From assembly GCA_043228905.1 (NCBI GenBank), contig JBHGNT010000008.1, positions 4,712,001 through 4,776,000 on the forward strand: a DNA stretch of 64,000 nucleotides, written 5' to 3'. Origin of the DNA: Azolla caroliniana. Taxonomy: Eukaryota; Plantae; Polypodiophyta. Each line of letters begins with the position of its first letter. The first letter of the stretch is position 1. A model generated the notes under the pieces. That model saw nothing but the letters and a program-made list of their open reading frames with translations, was not told where the DNA came from and did not search any database. The position numbers and the translations under genes were made by a program. Below are positions 51,728 through 63,197 of the stretch, in pieces.

Positions 51728-54700
51728 TGTCGTGAAGAAAACCGTCCATGAGCGGAATCGGTGCACCGGAGCGTAGAAACCGACTCTTCATACACGTGCG
51801 CCTTAAGTTGCACATAGGAGATCCTATGTAGATTCGGTAGGAAGGGAGTAAAGGGGAAACGGCTCCTTCCTTGCCTATAAAAGGAGGGAGACGAGGAGGG
51901 TAGGGGGATCGCGGAGTCGAGGACAAAGTGCTGTCGGTTTGCGTGCGAAGGCTTCTCTCTCTCTCTCTTTCTGGTTGCAAACGCCATAGCTTCCTTCTGT
52001 GCAGGTTTCGGGAGGCCCGCGCTGCTCTGAGGAATGCCCGAGTGCTTCCGGCAGCACCTCCAACCTACTCATTCCCCTCTGTGTGTTTACGAACAGGTAT
52101 CGACATCTGTTCGCCGGCCTGTTCGGTTGTAACCGACTTCGTGTTTTGCTGAGGAAGGTAGCCGGAGAAGACCTTAACGAAGACCGGACGATACCGGTAT
52201 GTTCCGAAAAGATGTACGAAGTCATCGCGAACTTCAGTCGGGGGCTCGGGTCGGATCGGACGGCCCGGGTTAGCACGAGGTACAAGACTGTGGACCGGAA
52301 GGTAAGGCCAGTCGCGGCACCCTTGCCGGAGGGCAGCGAGTCCCGAATCAGAGGGGTGGCGTCGGACCCCAGTTTACGAGATCCAGCCTGCATAGGACAC
52401 ACCTTCACCGACGGAACGCTCCGGGAGCTCAAAATCGGTGGGGGCGGGTTCCTACTGCCGGCGGAGGAAGACCGGTTTCGGAGAATGCTCGGAAGGCACG
52501 GGAAAGCCTTTGCATTCTCACCGGAAGAGATCGGGTGCGTAGACCCGACGATCGTGGAGCCGATGGTGATATTCACGGTACCGCATGTACCATGGAATCT
52601 CAAGCCGATTCCAGTACCGAGAGCTCACATCCCGAAGTTGATGGAGCTATTGAGGCAGAAAGTCGATATGGGTATTCTCGAACCGTCGAGCGCGCCATAC
52701 TCGAACCGATGGTTTACCGTACCAAAGAAAAACGGAACATTGCGCTTCATTCAGGACTTGCAGCCGGTCAACAGAGTGACCATCCGGAACGCAGGAATCG
52801 GACCGACCATAGACGAGTTCGCGGAGGCCTTCGCCGGAAGGTCGATTTACTCGGTCGGTGATCTGTACTCAGGGTACGACCAGTTCCAGCTAGCCGTGGA
52901 GAGCAGAGACATTACGACGATGCGAACTCCCCTCGGCCTAGTGCGAATGTGTACCCTGCCACAAGGAGGGACTAACTCGGTGGCTCACATGGTAAATGCA
53001 ATGAACAAGGTACTGAGGGATTGGATCCCCGACATCACCATGCCATTTCTGGACGACATCCCGATAAAGGGGTGCCCGGTGGAGGAGAAGGACGAGACAG
53101 TCGGGCCGGACGGATGCCGGCGATTCGTGGAGAAACACATCGACGACTGCGAGAAGGTGCTACAAAGGCTAGAGGATGCTAGGCTCACCTTCTCCGGGGA
53201 GAAATCGGCCTTTGGGCAATCGGAAATCCTGGTAGTCGGACACCTATGTGGGCCATATGGCCGGAAGCCGTCTCCGGCAAAGGTAGAAGCCATCTCCGCG
53301 ATGAAGACCGACTGTAGCTCGGTTACGGAAGTTCGGAGGTTCCTAGGGGCATGCGCATTCTACCACATATGGGTCCCACATTACGCCCACGTTGCGGAGC
53401 CGCTATACGGGTTGCTGAAGAAAGGGCGAAAATTCGAGTGGCGAGACGAGCACACGCAGTCGGTCCGGAAGCTGAAGGAAGCTCTTGCGGCAGCACCGGC
53501 GCTCCGGAAGGCTGTCTACGAGAAGGGTACCCCGGTATACATAACGGTGGATACGAGTCCGACCGGGATCGGATGGGTCGTCAGCCAAGAAGACGGGGAC
53601 GGCATTCGGTTCCCGATTCGATTCGGCGCTAAGGTCCTCAGTGAACGACAGCGAGGGTACGCCCAGGTTAAACGCGAACTCTGGGGTATCGTTTCGGTAG
53701 TAAAGGCCGACAAAGATTACCTGATCGGGACAGAAGTGATTATCGAGACGGATTGCTTGCCGATTCTCGGCATGGTTTCCGGATGCGCGACACCGGACCT
53801 GGCGATGCTCAGGTGGATAGCGTACATCAAGTCCCTGGACCCGGAGATACGACACATTTCCGGAAAGGACAACGCCATGGCCGACATGCTTTCGAGGGCA
53901 AGGTTTGATGACGAGGACAGCATGGTTTCGGAGGACGAAGAAGTCGGCGTGGACTTCTTCGAGGCAGCATACGTAACGGCCGATGGAACGAGCACTCCGG
54001 CACTTAACGACTTCGACGAGAGCAAGTACGACGGCGAGTGGCTCCAGATCGGTGGATTCTTGAGGACAATGACGCCGGATGCGTCATGGACGAAGGACGA
54101 GGCCAACCGGATCCGGAAGAAAGCTTACCGATTCTTTCTCCGGGACGGATACTTATGGAAGCACCCGAAGAAGAGGGACGGCGCTCCGCTCCGGGTGGTG
54201 GCGATGAAGGAAGAACAGGAGGAGCTGCTGACGGCCTACCACGACAGCCCTTGGGCCGGACACCGTGGAACCTGGGCCACGTTCGAGAAGATAAAGGGGA
54301 AGTACTGGTGGCCGGGACTGTACCGGGACGTGCATCGGTTCGTGACAACTTGCGAGAGCTGTCAGATGCACTCCATAGTCCGACACCGGGACGAACTTCA
54401 CCCTACGTACCCTCCGACCATCCACTTCAAATGGATGGTAGACCTGGTAACGATGCTGATAGGAGTAGGATAGATGTGGTATCTGGTCCTAGCTCGGGAA
54501 GATCTAACGAACCAGGTGGAAGGCCGGGCCCTTCAGAACAAAACGACTGCGGCCGTATGTCGGTTCCTGCTCGAGGATGTAATATGCCGGTACGGGTGCG
54601 TCGGGAAGATCGTGGCTGATCGCGGGGAGTTGGACGCCGAAGAGGCCGAGGAGCTGTTCGACCGGTTAGGGGTCAAGCTCTCGCTTACCACTGCGTACAA

Positions 54701-56081
54701 TCCAGAGGCAAATGGGAAGGTGGAGCGCGGACACGGACCGATCGTCAAGGCGTTAGTTCGGGCATGCGGAGGTGAAGTCGGGAACTGGCCGCGGCTACTG
54801 CCTTACGCGTTGTGGGCTGACCGGACTACGCACAGTTCGGTAACCGGATTCATGCCGGCAGAGCTCATGTTTGGGCAGAAGCCGATCATGCCGATCGAAC
54901 GTACGGTCTCCTCATGGGCAACCGTGGACTGGAGAGACGAGATGAGCCGGGAGGAACTGTTGACGGTGCGCATACGACAACTCGAGCGGAGACCGGAGGA
55001 CGTGGAGCAGGCTGCGGAAAAGCTTCGGGTGGCCAGGACGAGGAACAAAGCCCGGTTCGACCGGACGCACCGACTCCGACCGAAGAAGATCGAGGAAGGC
55101 GACTGGGTGCTAGTCTACGACAGCAGCCTCGACAACCAGCACCAAGCGACACGGAAGTTCGCAAGAAGGTGGTTCGGGCCTTACGTGGTACAAAGCGCCA
55201 ACGACAACGGGACGTACCATCTGGCGGAACTCGACGGTACGAGAATGGCGATACCGGTAGCTGGGAAGCGGATCAAGACGTTCAAGAAGCGTCACGACGA
55301 CGAGCCGGATCCGGTTGACTTAGACCGCGACGACGAGCGATCCGAAAACGAGGAAGAACCGACGGGCGGAGAATGAAGGCTGGACCGGTTTTCTCCGTCC
55401 CAACACAATTTGGCGCATGCCGGTGGATGCGCGGTTAGGTGGGGGCGGATGTCGTGAAGAAAACCGTCCACGAGCGGAATCGGTGCACCGGAGCGTAGAA
55501 ACCGACTCTTCATACACGTGCGCCTTAAGTTGCACATAGGAGATCCTATGTAGATTCGGTAGGAAGGGAGTAAAGGGGAAACGGCTCCTTCCTTGCCTAT
55601 AAAAGGAGGGAGACGAGGAGGGTAGGGGGATCGCGGAGTCGAGGACGAAGTGCTGTCAGTTTGCGTGCGAAGGCTTATCTCTCTCTCTCTTTCTGGTTGC
55701 AAACGCCATAGCTTCCTTCTGTGCAGGTTTCGGGAGGCCCGCGCTGCTCTGAGGAATGCCCGAGTGCTTCCGGCAGCACCTCCAACCTACTCATTCCCCT
55801 CTGTGCGTTTATGAACAGGTATCGACATCTGTTCGCCGGCCTGTTCGGTTGTAACCGACTTCGTGTTTTGTTGTCTTCATGTTCTTGTTGTTTGTCTTGT
55901 CAATACATACATACTTTCGTGTCTTTCTGTGTCGCTGTCCCACTCGCGTCTTTGCGTCAAAGGGCCGTGTCCCTGTGAATCTACGCTCGCACGTAGTGGG
56001 TCTCTCTCTCTCTCTTACTCTTCGGTACAGGACCCCCGAGGTCCCGCCTCACTTCACGTATCCGCGAGGAATACCTCGACA
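51728..56081 (+). mobile_element. Ty3/gypsy element C (A/B family), gag-less deletion derivative
   Basis: 4-bp TSD ACGT/ACGT. 5' LTR 51728-~52148 is truncated and fused directly to pol. Complete 3' LTR 55450-56081. PPT AGGTGGGGGCGGA. Confidence 0.93.
52149..55376 (+). pseudogene. pol: Element C pol (RT-RNaseH-integrase), open except for one TAG at 54471
   Basis: ORFs 51999-54473 and 54474-55376 are contiguous in one frame and carry all RT/RH/INT motifs. Confidence 0.92.
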
Positions 56082-56106
56082 ACGTGGACGAATGTCATAG
56101 ACACAA

Positions 56107-56176
56107 TGGAATGCAGGGGGTTGAACCCATGATCTCTTGGTCTTATTGAGGACCCTTACCAATTGAACTACATCCA
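56107..56176 (-). other. tRNA-Ala-like sequence (A and B boxes) at the start of the chromovirus LTR; not a functional tRNA gene
   Basis: Minus strand reads GGATGTAGTTCAATTGGTA...GAGATCATGGGTTCAACCCCCTGCATTCCA; the anticodon arm does not pair. Confidence 0.6.
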
Positions 56177-56233
56177 TCTATACATTATTGTATTGTATCA
56201 GTTTCAACTTATTACATTATGTGTTAATTACTA

Positions 56234-56256
56234 GAACTTTCAAGAAACTTCTAGAG
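56234..56256. promoter_or_regulatory. Heat-shock element array in the LTR U3 region
   Basis: GAActTTCaaGAAacTTCtaGAg: four perfect alternating nGAAn units about 85 bp upstream of TATAAATA (56339). Confidence 0.7.
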
Positions 56257-59200
56257 AATGCATTTTCATGCACTCTCTAGAAGTTTCCATGCACTCTCTA
56301 GATGTTTCCTAGCTTGCATGCATACCACCACATTCTTGTATAAATACTTTGGTGCACCTTGATTACAATCAAGGTGAACAACACCAGTTACGGAAGCATA
56401 ATTTAGTTCTTGCTCTTTTGTGTACCTTCTCTCTCTCTTGTTATCTTGTCTATGCTCTCTGTCTATCTATATATCTATCTTTCACTCTCTCTTAATATTT
56501 AGCTTGCCTACTTATCCTTGTCCTGTCTACCCATCTGTGACAGTTTGTTCACCTTCCCTTCTTGTTACCATGTTCGACTCAGCCTTAAGCCAAGTAATGG
56601 AAACCTTGGAACAACTTCAATTAGAAAGTGAAAGCCTTCGTCAATCATTACGGGAGTTTCAAAATAGCACATCCAACAACCCTCCACCCGTTGAGCCTCA
56701 CCTTCCGTTAGCACCTAACCCAACCCCTTCCTCTTCCCATTCATATGTCCTTGAACCTAACGTCAGCCTACCTGACAAATTCAGCGGCTCGAGGGCGCAT
56801 CTTCATGGCTTCATCAATCAAATTCGGCTTATCATCTGCTTACAACCCCAATGTTATGCTAGTGATTTTTCTCGGGTCGGCCTCGTTGGCACCCTTCTCT
56901 TGGGGCCGGCACAAGCGTGGTTTGCACCATTGATCGAGACCTCATCCCCACTCTTAGATAACTTTCTTGCCTTCCTTGCGGAGCTTGAAGCCACATTCGG
57001 AGAGACAGATCGACGACGAACGGCACTCACGAAACTTTATTCCTTACAACAAGGCTCTTGTCCAGCTTCCGTCTATGCTTCAGAGTTTCGTCAGATCGTG
57101 TGCGATGTCAGTTGGGATGACCAAGCTTTATGAGACCAGTTTCGTCAAGGCGTCAGAAATGATGTCAAGACTCTTCTCTTAAACTTTCCGGAGCCCACAT
57201 CATTGTCCCATGTAATCTCCCAAGCCGTTCAATGTGATAATCGTCTTTTCGAGCTTCGACAAGAGGAACGGGGGACTTGAGGCTTTCCGTCTTCCTCCTG
57301 CAATGCTCCACTCACAAGGCCACATATATCAGTTTCACCAAGCACGCCATGATTGCCATATTCCAATGATACTCATACCCTAATGGAGGTCGACCCCCGT
57401 ACCCCAATGGAGATTGACCATCCTCGGTTCCAACCATTAACTGATGTCCAATGGCAACATCGACGTGACAATGGCCTCAACCTCTATTGCATATGATCCG
57501 CCACTGCCCGATGAGTGGCCCTCATCATCAATCCCACCATGCACGTCTTATAGAGGTTTCTCGACAACAAGAAAACGATCGTGCATGTCTTGCAGAGGTT
57601 TCTGGACAACAGGAAAACGAGCAAGTCCGGCTGTAGTAGGAGCCATGCCGTTGGACACTTCCCGTGGCCCTACTTCTCTGTGCTCCTACAATTCATTCAT
57701 GCCAGTAGGAGGTTTTACTTTGCAAGTAAGTCTTTGTTTTGGGTGTATTTCAATAAAATCCCATGCCTTGCTCGATTGTGGTGCATCTACTTGTTTCATC
57801 GATATTGCGTTCGTCCGAACACATAAAATCCCCACCATCCGCACAACACAACCTATATCCGTTGAAGCTATCGACAAACAGGTTCTCTCTTTGGGGGTGG
57901 TTACTGAAGCCACTGTCTCGTTGGTACTTCAAGTCGGGTTCCACCATGAGGTATTAACATTCTATCTCATTGTAACCCCTTGACATCCGATTGTTTTAGG
58001 GCTCTCCTGGTTGGAAACACACAATCCGATGGTGGATTGGTGCAACCACTCCATCACCTTTCCACAAACACCAGGGCGGGTCTCTTCCACAAACATTGTT
58101 ACTTGTGTGGGGGCTGCTTTCAGATTGGGTAGATATCCTACACTTTGCTGAATTTGCTTATAATAAATCTATCCACTCCTCTACTAGGGTTACACCATTC
58201 TATGCTTATACAAGCTATCATCCTCGTTGGTGTGTGTTAGAAACTCCCGAGTTACCCACAAATCCTAGTGCAGAGGATCATTTGGAGCAGCTACGAAGAA
58301 TTCAAGCAGAACTATGTACCCACTTACATCATGCCCAACAAACACAGAAGGATTATGAGGATCGTCATCGGCTTCCATTCTATTTTGATATTGGCGATCG
58401 AGTATGGCTATTACGACGTCACATCAAGACTACTCGACCATGTGACAAACTAGATTATCAAAGGTTAGGTCCTTTCCATATTAATGGAAAAATTAATGAT
58501 GTCACTTTTCGCCTCGATCTACCTCCGCAACTACGGATTCATCCAGTATTTCATAGTTCCCTTCTAGAACCTTATCAAGACAACACTATTCCAGATCGTA
58601 TTACACCACCTCCACCCCCGATCAAACTTGAAGATGGACCTGAGTACAAGGTTGCTACCATCCTTGATTCCAAGATTGTTCGCAACAAGCTCTACTATTT
58701 GGTCGATTAGCTAGGATATAGTCCAAGTGAGCGTACTTGGGAACCATTGGCGAATGTGGCGGATGCTCGAGCTCTTCTTGAGGACTTCCATTTTCAATAT
58801 CTAGACAAGCCAGGTCCCCAATCAAAGATGACTCATAACACTCGTCGTTTAAAGGGGAGATAGTGTCATGATATGGCATAGTATGGCTTCAAAAAGACTT
58901 GAACCCATAACTTTATGTTACATGGGTGGAAGTCATACCATTAAGCCATGCATTGTAATACAAAAGATATTCATTTATTATTTGATTAGAGGAAATTTAT
59001 GTATATTCTAGATTACTCTGGAATATTCTAAAAAATTCAGGAGTACTCCTGACAATACTATAAATAGAGGCACATAGCATTATTCAGTACAAATTTGATA
59101 AGCCTCTTGGTTGTTCTTGTATCCTTCTTCATATAATATACTTCTTGTTGTCATCATTCTCTCTCTCTCTCTTCCCCTCTCGTCACTCTCACACACTCTT

Positions 59201-60049
59201 TCCCTCTTAGTACTAATCCTCATTCTTCCCCTCTATCTTTAGTACTAATTCTCCTTGCCTTTAGTACTATCCCTAACAGAAATTAGATATTACATGCATC
59301 GCATTCAACACATGATAAACATGTAAAAACATTTGTTCGTTACCCTTTTTCTCCTCTTTGCAACTTATGGGTCCTACTCTACATGGCACTCAATAGAAAG
59401 GGCCGTTAGCGATACCAAAACTCATTGCAACCACCATCTCTAATGGCGTCGCTATCGGCACGTCACAATGTGATGCTTTCAAAAACCTTCTTTGCAACAT
59501 GGGTTACCATGTGGCTATTTTTTGCTCATCGATTCTAGGTGAGAACCCATACATTTTCATCTACAAAACGAAAATAACATGAATTAGGATTACCACCACA
59601 TTCTTGTATAAATACTTTGGTGCACCTTGATTACAATCAAGGTGAAAAACACCAGTTACGGAAGCGTAATTTAGTTCTTGCTCTTTTGTCTACCTTCTCT
59701 CTCTGTTGTTCTCTTGTCTATGCTCTCTCTCTCTCTATATATATCTATCTTTCGCTCTCTCTTAATATTTAGCTCACCTACTTATCCTTGTCCTGTCTAC
59801 CCGTTCGTGACAAAGAAGGAAGAAGCGAACCGGATTCGTAGGAAGGTGTATCGTTTCTTCTTGCGGAATGGGAGTATATGGAAGCACCCTAAGAAGCATA
59901 ACGGCATTCCGCTTCGCGTAGTGATAAGAAGGGAAGAGCAGATGGCGCTGCTGTTAGAGTACCACAGGAACCCTTGGTCAGGACACCGTGGGACGTGGGC
60001 CACATTTGAGAAGCTGAAGGAGAAGTATTGGTGGCTGAGAATGTACCGT

Positions 60050-60713
60050 TGTCGTGATGTGGCATGTCTAGTGCGAGAAAAAATCAAAAATTGAGGATCC
60101 ACACACATTTCACGAATACTTGTAAAAATGAAAATAAATAAACCTAGGTCACAATGGCATTGAGTGCATGTAGAGGGTTGCAAATAGGATTTGAACCTTG
60201 CACCTCTAAGATAAGAGGCAATTACCTTACCACTAAAGCTACTACTAAGTGTTGTAGATATTCTATATTTCTTTCTCATATTCAGTATTCCGTAGGAAAC
60301 AAACGAACAAAACCGTGTACACAAAACCACGGTTTTAAGCCCATGGTTTCCTGCATGTCTCAAAGCAAAACTGTGTGCATAGAAACCATGGCTCCAAGCC
60401 CATGGTTTTGTGCATGGACAAACGTATAAAACCCCTAGTACGGCTTGTGTAAGGGGGGGGTTCAATATGATATGACCATCATCATCACCATCAATAATAT
60501 AAGCTTCTATTTCTTCTTCTTCGCATCTATCTTGTAATTATTTATCTACTTCTCAAAGTGTACAATCTTCAATCTTCTCAAGTGTAATAGGTCTTCCTCC
60601 AATCTTACATTCACATCGTCCTCTTCCCAATACCTTGACGGACATCCTCCTTGGTCCAAGACCCCGGTGGTCCCGCTCAAGCGAAGCACGCTCGCACGCG
60701 CATCTTCGCGACA
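60050..60713 (+). mobile_element. Solo LTR of an A-related family in element B integrase
   Basis: TGTCG...CGACA with 4-bp TSD CCGT/CCGT. The U5 motif GGTCCAAGACCCCGGTGGTCCC is shared with the A LTR. Contains a tRNA-like segment (60175-60245) and an inverted repeat (~60320-60412). Confidence 0.88.
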
Positions 60714-62172
60714 CCGTGACGTGCTCCGTTTCATGATGACTTGCGAGAGCGGTCAGATGCACTCGACAATCTGGCATAGGGACGAGTTGCACCCGACCTA
60801 CGCACTGACCATTCATTTGAAATGGATGGTGGATTTAGTAACAATGCCGATGGGGATCGGGCAAATGCGATACCTGGTGCTAGCATGAGAAAGACCTGAT
60901 GAACCAAGTGGAGGATCAGACACTACAGAACAAGACTACCGCGGTCGTATGCCGGTTCCTGATCGAAGAGGTGATTTGCCGATACGGGTGCGTAGGGAAG
61001 ATTGTAGCAGATTGAGGGGAGCTGGATGCGTGAGAAGCCGAAAAGTTGTTTGGTCGATTAGAGGTTAAGCTCTCTCTCACTACGGTGTACAATCCGGAGG
61101 CAAACGGAAAAGTGGAGTGCAGACACGAACCAATCGTGGTGTAGGCACTAGTACGGGCGTGTGAAGGGCAAGTCGAGAATTGGTTGCGGTTCCTACCTTA
61201 CTCATTGTGGGTGGACCGAACTACGCATAGTTCGGTGACTAGGTTCATGCTGGCGGAACTCATGTACCAGCAAAAGCCGATCATGCCGGTGGAACACACA
61301 ATCTCTTTGTGGGCAACGATCAATTGGATGGGCGAAATGAGCCGGGAGGAGCTGTTGGCAGCGAGGATTCGCCAGCTCGAGTAGAGGCCGGAGGACGTAG
61401 AGAGACCAAAAGCGAAGTTGTAAGCGGCGCGGGAGAAGAACAAGGATCGGTTTAACCGGACGCACAAGCTTAGACCGAAGAAGATCGAGGAAGGCGATTG
61501 GGTATTGGTATACGACAATAGCCTTGACAACTAGCATAAGGTGACATGAAAATTTGCGAGGAGATGGTTCGGGCCTTACGTGGTGATGAGCGCGAATGAC
61601 AACGCCACGTACCATCTTGTGGAGCTCGACGGAATGAGAATAGTGATATCGGTTGCGGGAAAGTAGATCAAGGCTTTCAAGAAGCTGTAGGAGGACGAGC
61701 CACACCCAAACAGCGTGGGTGAGGATGACAAACTGGAAAGAACGAATGAAGACGAGGGAGTCGACGGGTCGGAGGATGACGAGTAACATGTGGTCGGATT
61801 TTCTCTCTCTCTCCCTCTCTCGACACATACCGGTGGATGTGCAGTTTGGTGGGGGTGGATTTCGTGAGGAAAACCGGCTACAAGGAGAAAAAGGACCAAA
61901 GTCGCGTGAACAACCACGTGCACGGATGCATGCAAGTTGTAGTATATGTTTGTAAATAACCTAGGACTAAGTTTAGGTCGACACGATGTAAGAACACATT
62001 AGTAGGGCAAAATAAATGGTAATCAAATCTAAACGAGTTTCTGTCCAAGGCAACAGGGAATAACTACATGATGTAATAGCCCCCCCCTCCTTGGCATTTA
62101 AAAGGAGGGAGAGAGGGCTGAGTAGGGGATCTTGGTTTTGGAGAACGAAGTGCTGTCGGATTGGGAACCGAG

Positions 62173-62591
62173 CGTGGTTCGGTTTCTTGGCCTTGAAACC
62201 AAACCAAACCATTTATGTATATTAAATACCAAACCAAACTATTTAAATTTTATGAAGCCATTTAAACCGAACTGTTTAGAGCTGAACCATTTAAACCAAA
62301 CCGTTTATGAAAAATTTAGAACCAAACCAAATCGTTTTATCATAAATCAAAACCAAACCAAACCTATAAACCTATAAACCTTTAAACCTTCAAAACTTTT
62401 AAACCTTAAAACCATTAAACCAAACCACATACGCTGAAACCGCTAAACCGCTAAACCATCAAATTCAAAACCAAACCGGATCATAATATTTGAAACCAAA
62501 CCAAACGGTTTATTTATCTTTGAACCAATAAACCGTTAAGCCATGGCTTAACGGTTTGGTTCGGTTTGAGCCGAAACTATGCCCATTGCTA
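62173..62591. mobile_element. AAACC/AACCG-rich MITE-like element
   Basis: Dense AAACCAAACC repeats, GGTTCGGTTT near both ends, and a 28-bp palindrome at 62530-62557. Confidence 0.6.
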
Positions 62592-63197
62592 AAATTTGAA
62601 CCCTTGACTTCAATTTTTAGAGACAAGATACATCACCAATACATAGCTTCGTGACGTCCACCCCCACCAAACCACATGTCCTCTGGTATGTGCCAAGAGA
62701 GAGTGTGAGATTTTGGCTACGGTGATTAATCATATTCCTCCACATCCTCGTTGACCTTGCTCAAGTTCGAGGGTTCCGTCCTACTATCTTCATCGTTGAG
62801 GTGATTGAGGTGAGGACCCTCGTCTTGTCTTTTCTTGAAGATCTTTACACTTTTCCCTGCAATGGGTATGGCCAACCTTGATCCGTCTAGCTCCGCGAGG
62901 TGGTAGGTGGCATTGTTGTTGGCACTCGTCACCACATACGGTCCGAACCACCTTCTTGCGAACTTTCTTGTTGTCTTGTGTTGGTTGTCAAGGCTATTGT
63001 TGTAGACCAATACCCAATCTCCTTCTTCGATCTTCTTGAGACGTAGTCGATGTGTCTCGTTGAACCAAATCTTGTTATTCACTCGGGCTTCCTCCATTTC
63101 ATTCGCGCATTTTCTAGATCTTCGGGCCTTCTTTCAAGCTGCCTTATTCGCATCGCCAATAATTCTTCTTGGCTCATCTCGTTCTCCCATGGTATCG
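62592..63197 (-). mobile_element. 3' end of another A-family gypsy on the minus strand (integrase C-terminus, PPT, start of 3' LTR)
   Basis: THRLRLKKIEEGDWVLVYNNSLDNQH..RRWFGPY..YHLAELDG; PPT TTGGTGGGGGTGGA, then LTR start (C/T)GTCACGA. Confidence 0.85.

Larger units (their letters stand above)
56093..59812 (+). mobile_element. Chromovirus (Tcn1-like) Ty3/gypsy, internally deleted, with a self-priming PBS
   Basis: 5' LTR 56093-56542. Gag LPDKFSGSRAHLHGFINQ, protease ALLDCGASTCFID, RT/RH missing, integrase C-terminus KLDYQRLGPF..IHPVFHSSLL and chromodomain EYKVATILDSK..YYLVD*LGY..RTWEP. PPT AAGGGGAGATAG. 3' LTR end 59592-59812. TSD ACGAA/AAGAA. Confidence 0.9.
47866..62172 (+). mobile_element. 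Decayed Ty3/gypsy element B (same family as A, 5' end lost), host to four insertions
   Basis: Gag knuckle CMWCDAVGHTRRDC, protease LIDHGSEINLM, frameshift signal 49150-49215. pol pieces at 49150-50197, 50653-51727, 56082-56092, 59813-60049 and 60714-61787. PPT GGTGGGGGTGGA and 3' LTR from about 61860. Confidence 0.88.

Noticed and set aside
52140-52160. Element C as a retrotransposed spliced pol RNA
   Set aside because: No clear GT/AG at the junction can be established, and loss of U5/PBS from only the 5' LTR fits post-insertion deletion better.
56107-60245. Functional tRNA genes
   Set aside because: A/B boxes are present but the anticodon and acceptor stems do not pair properly, and all copies sit inside LTRs.
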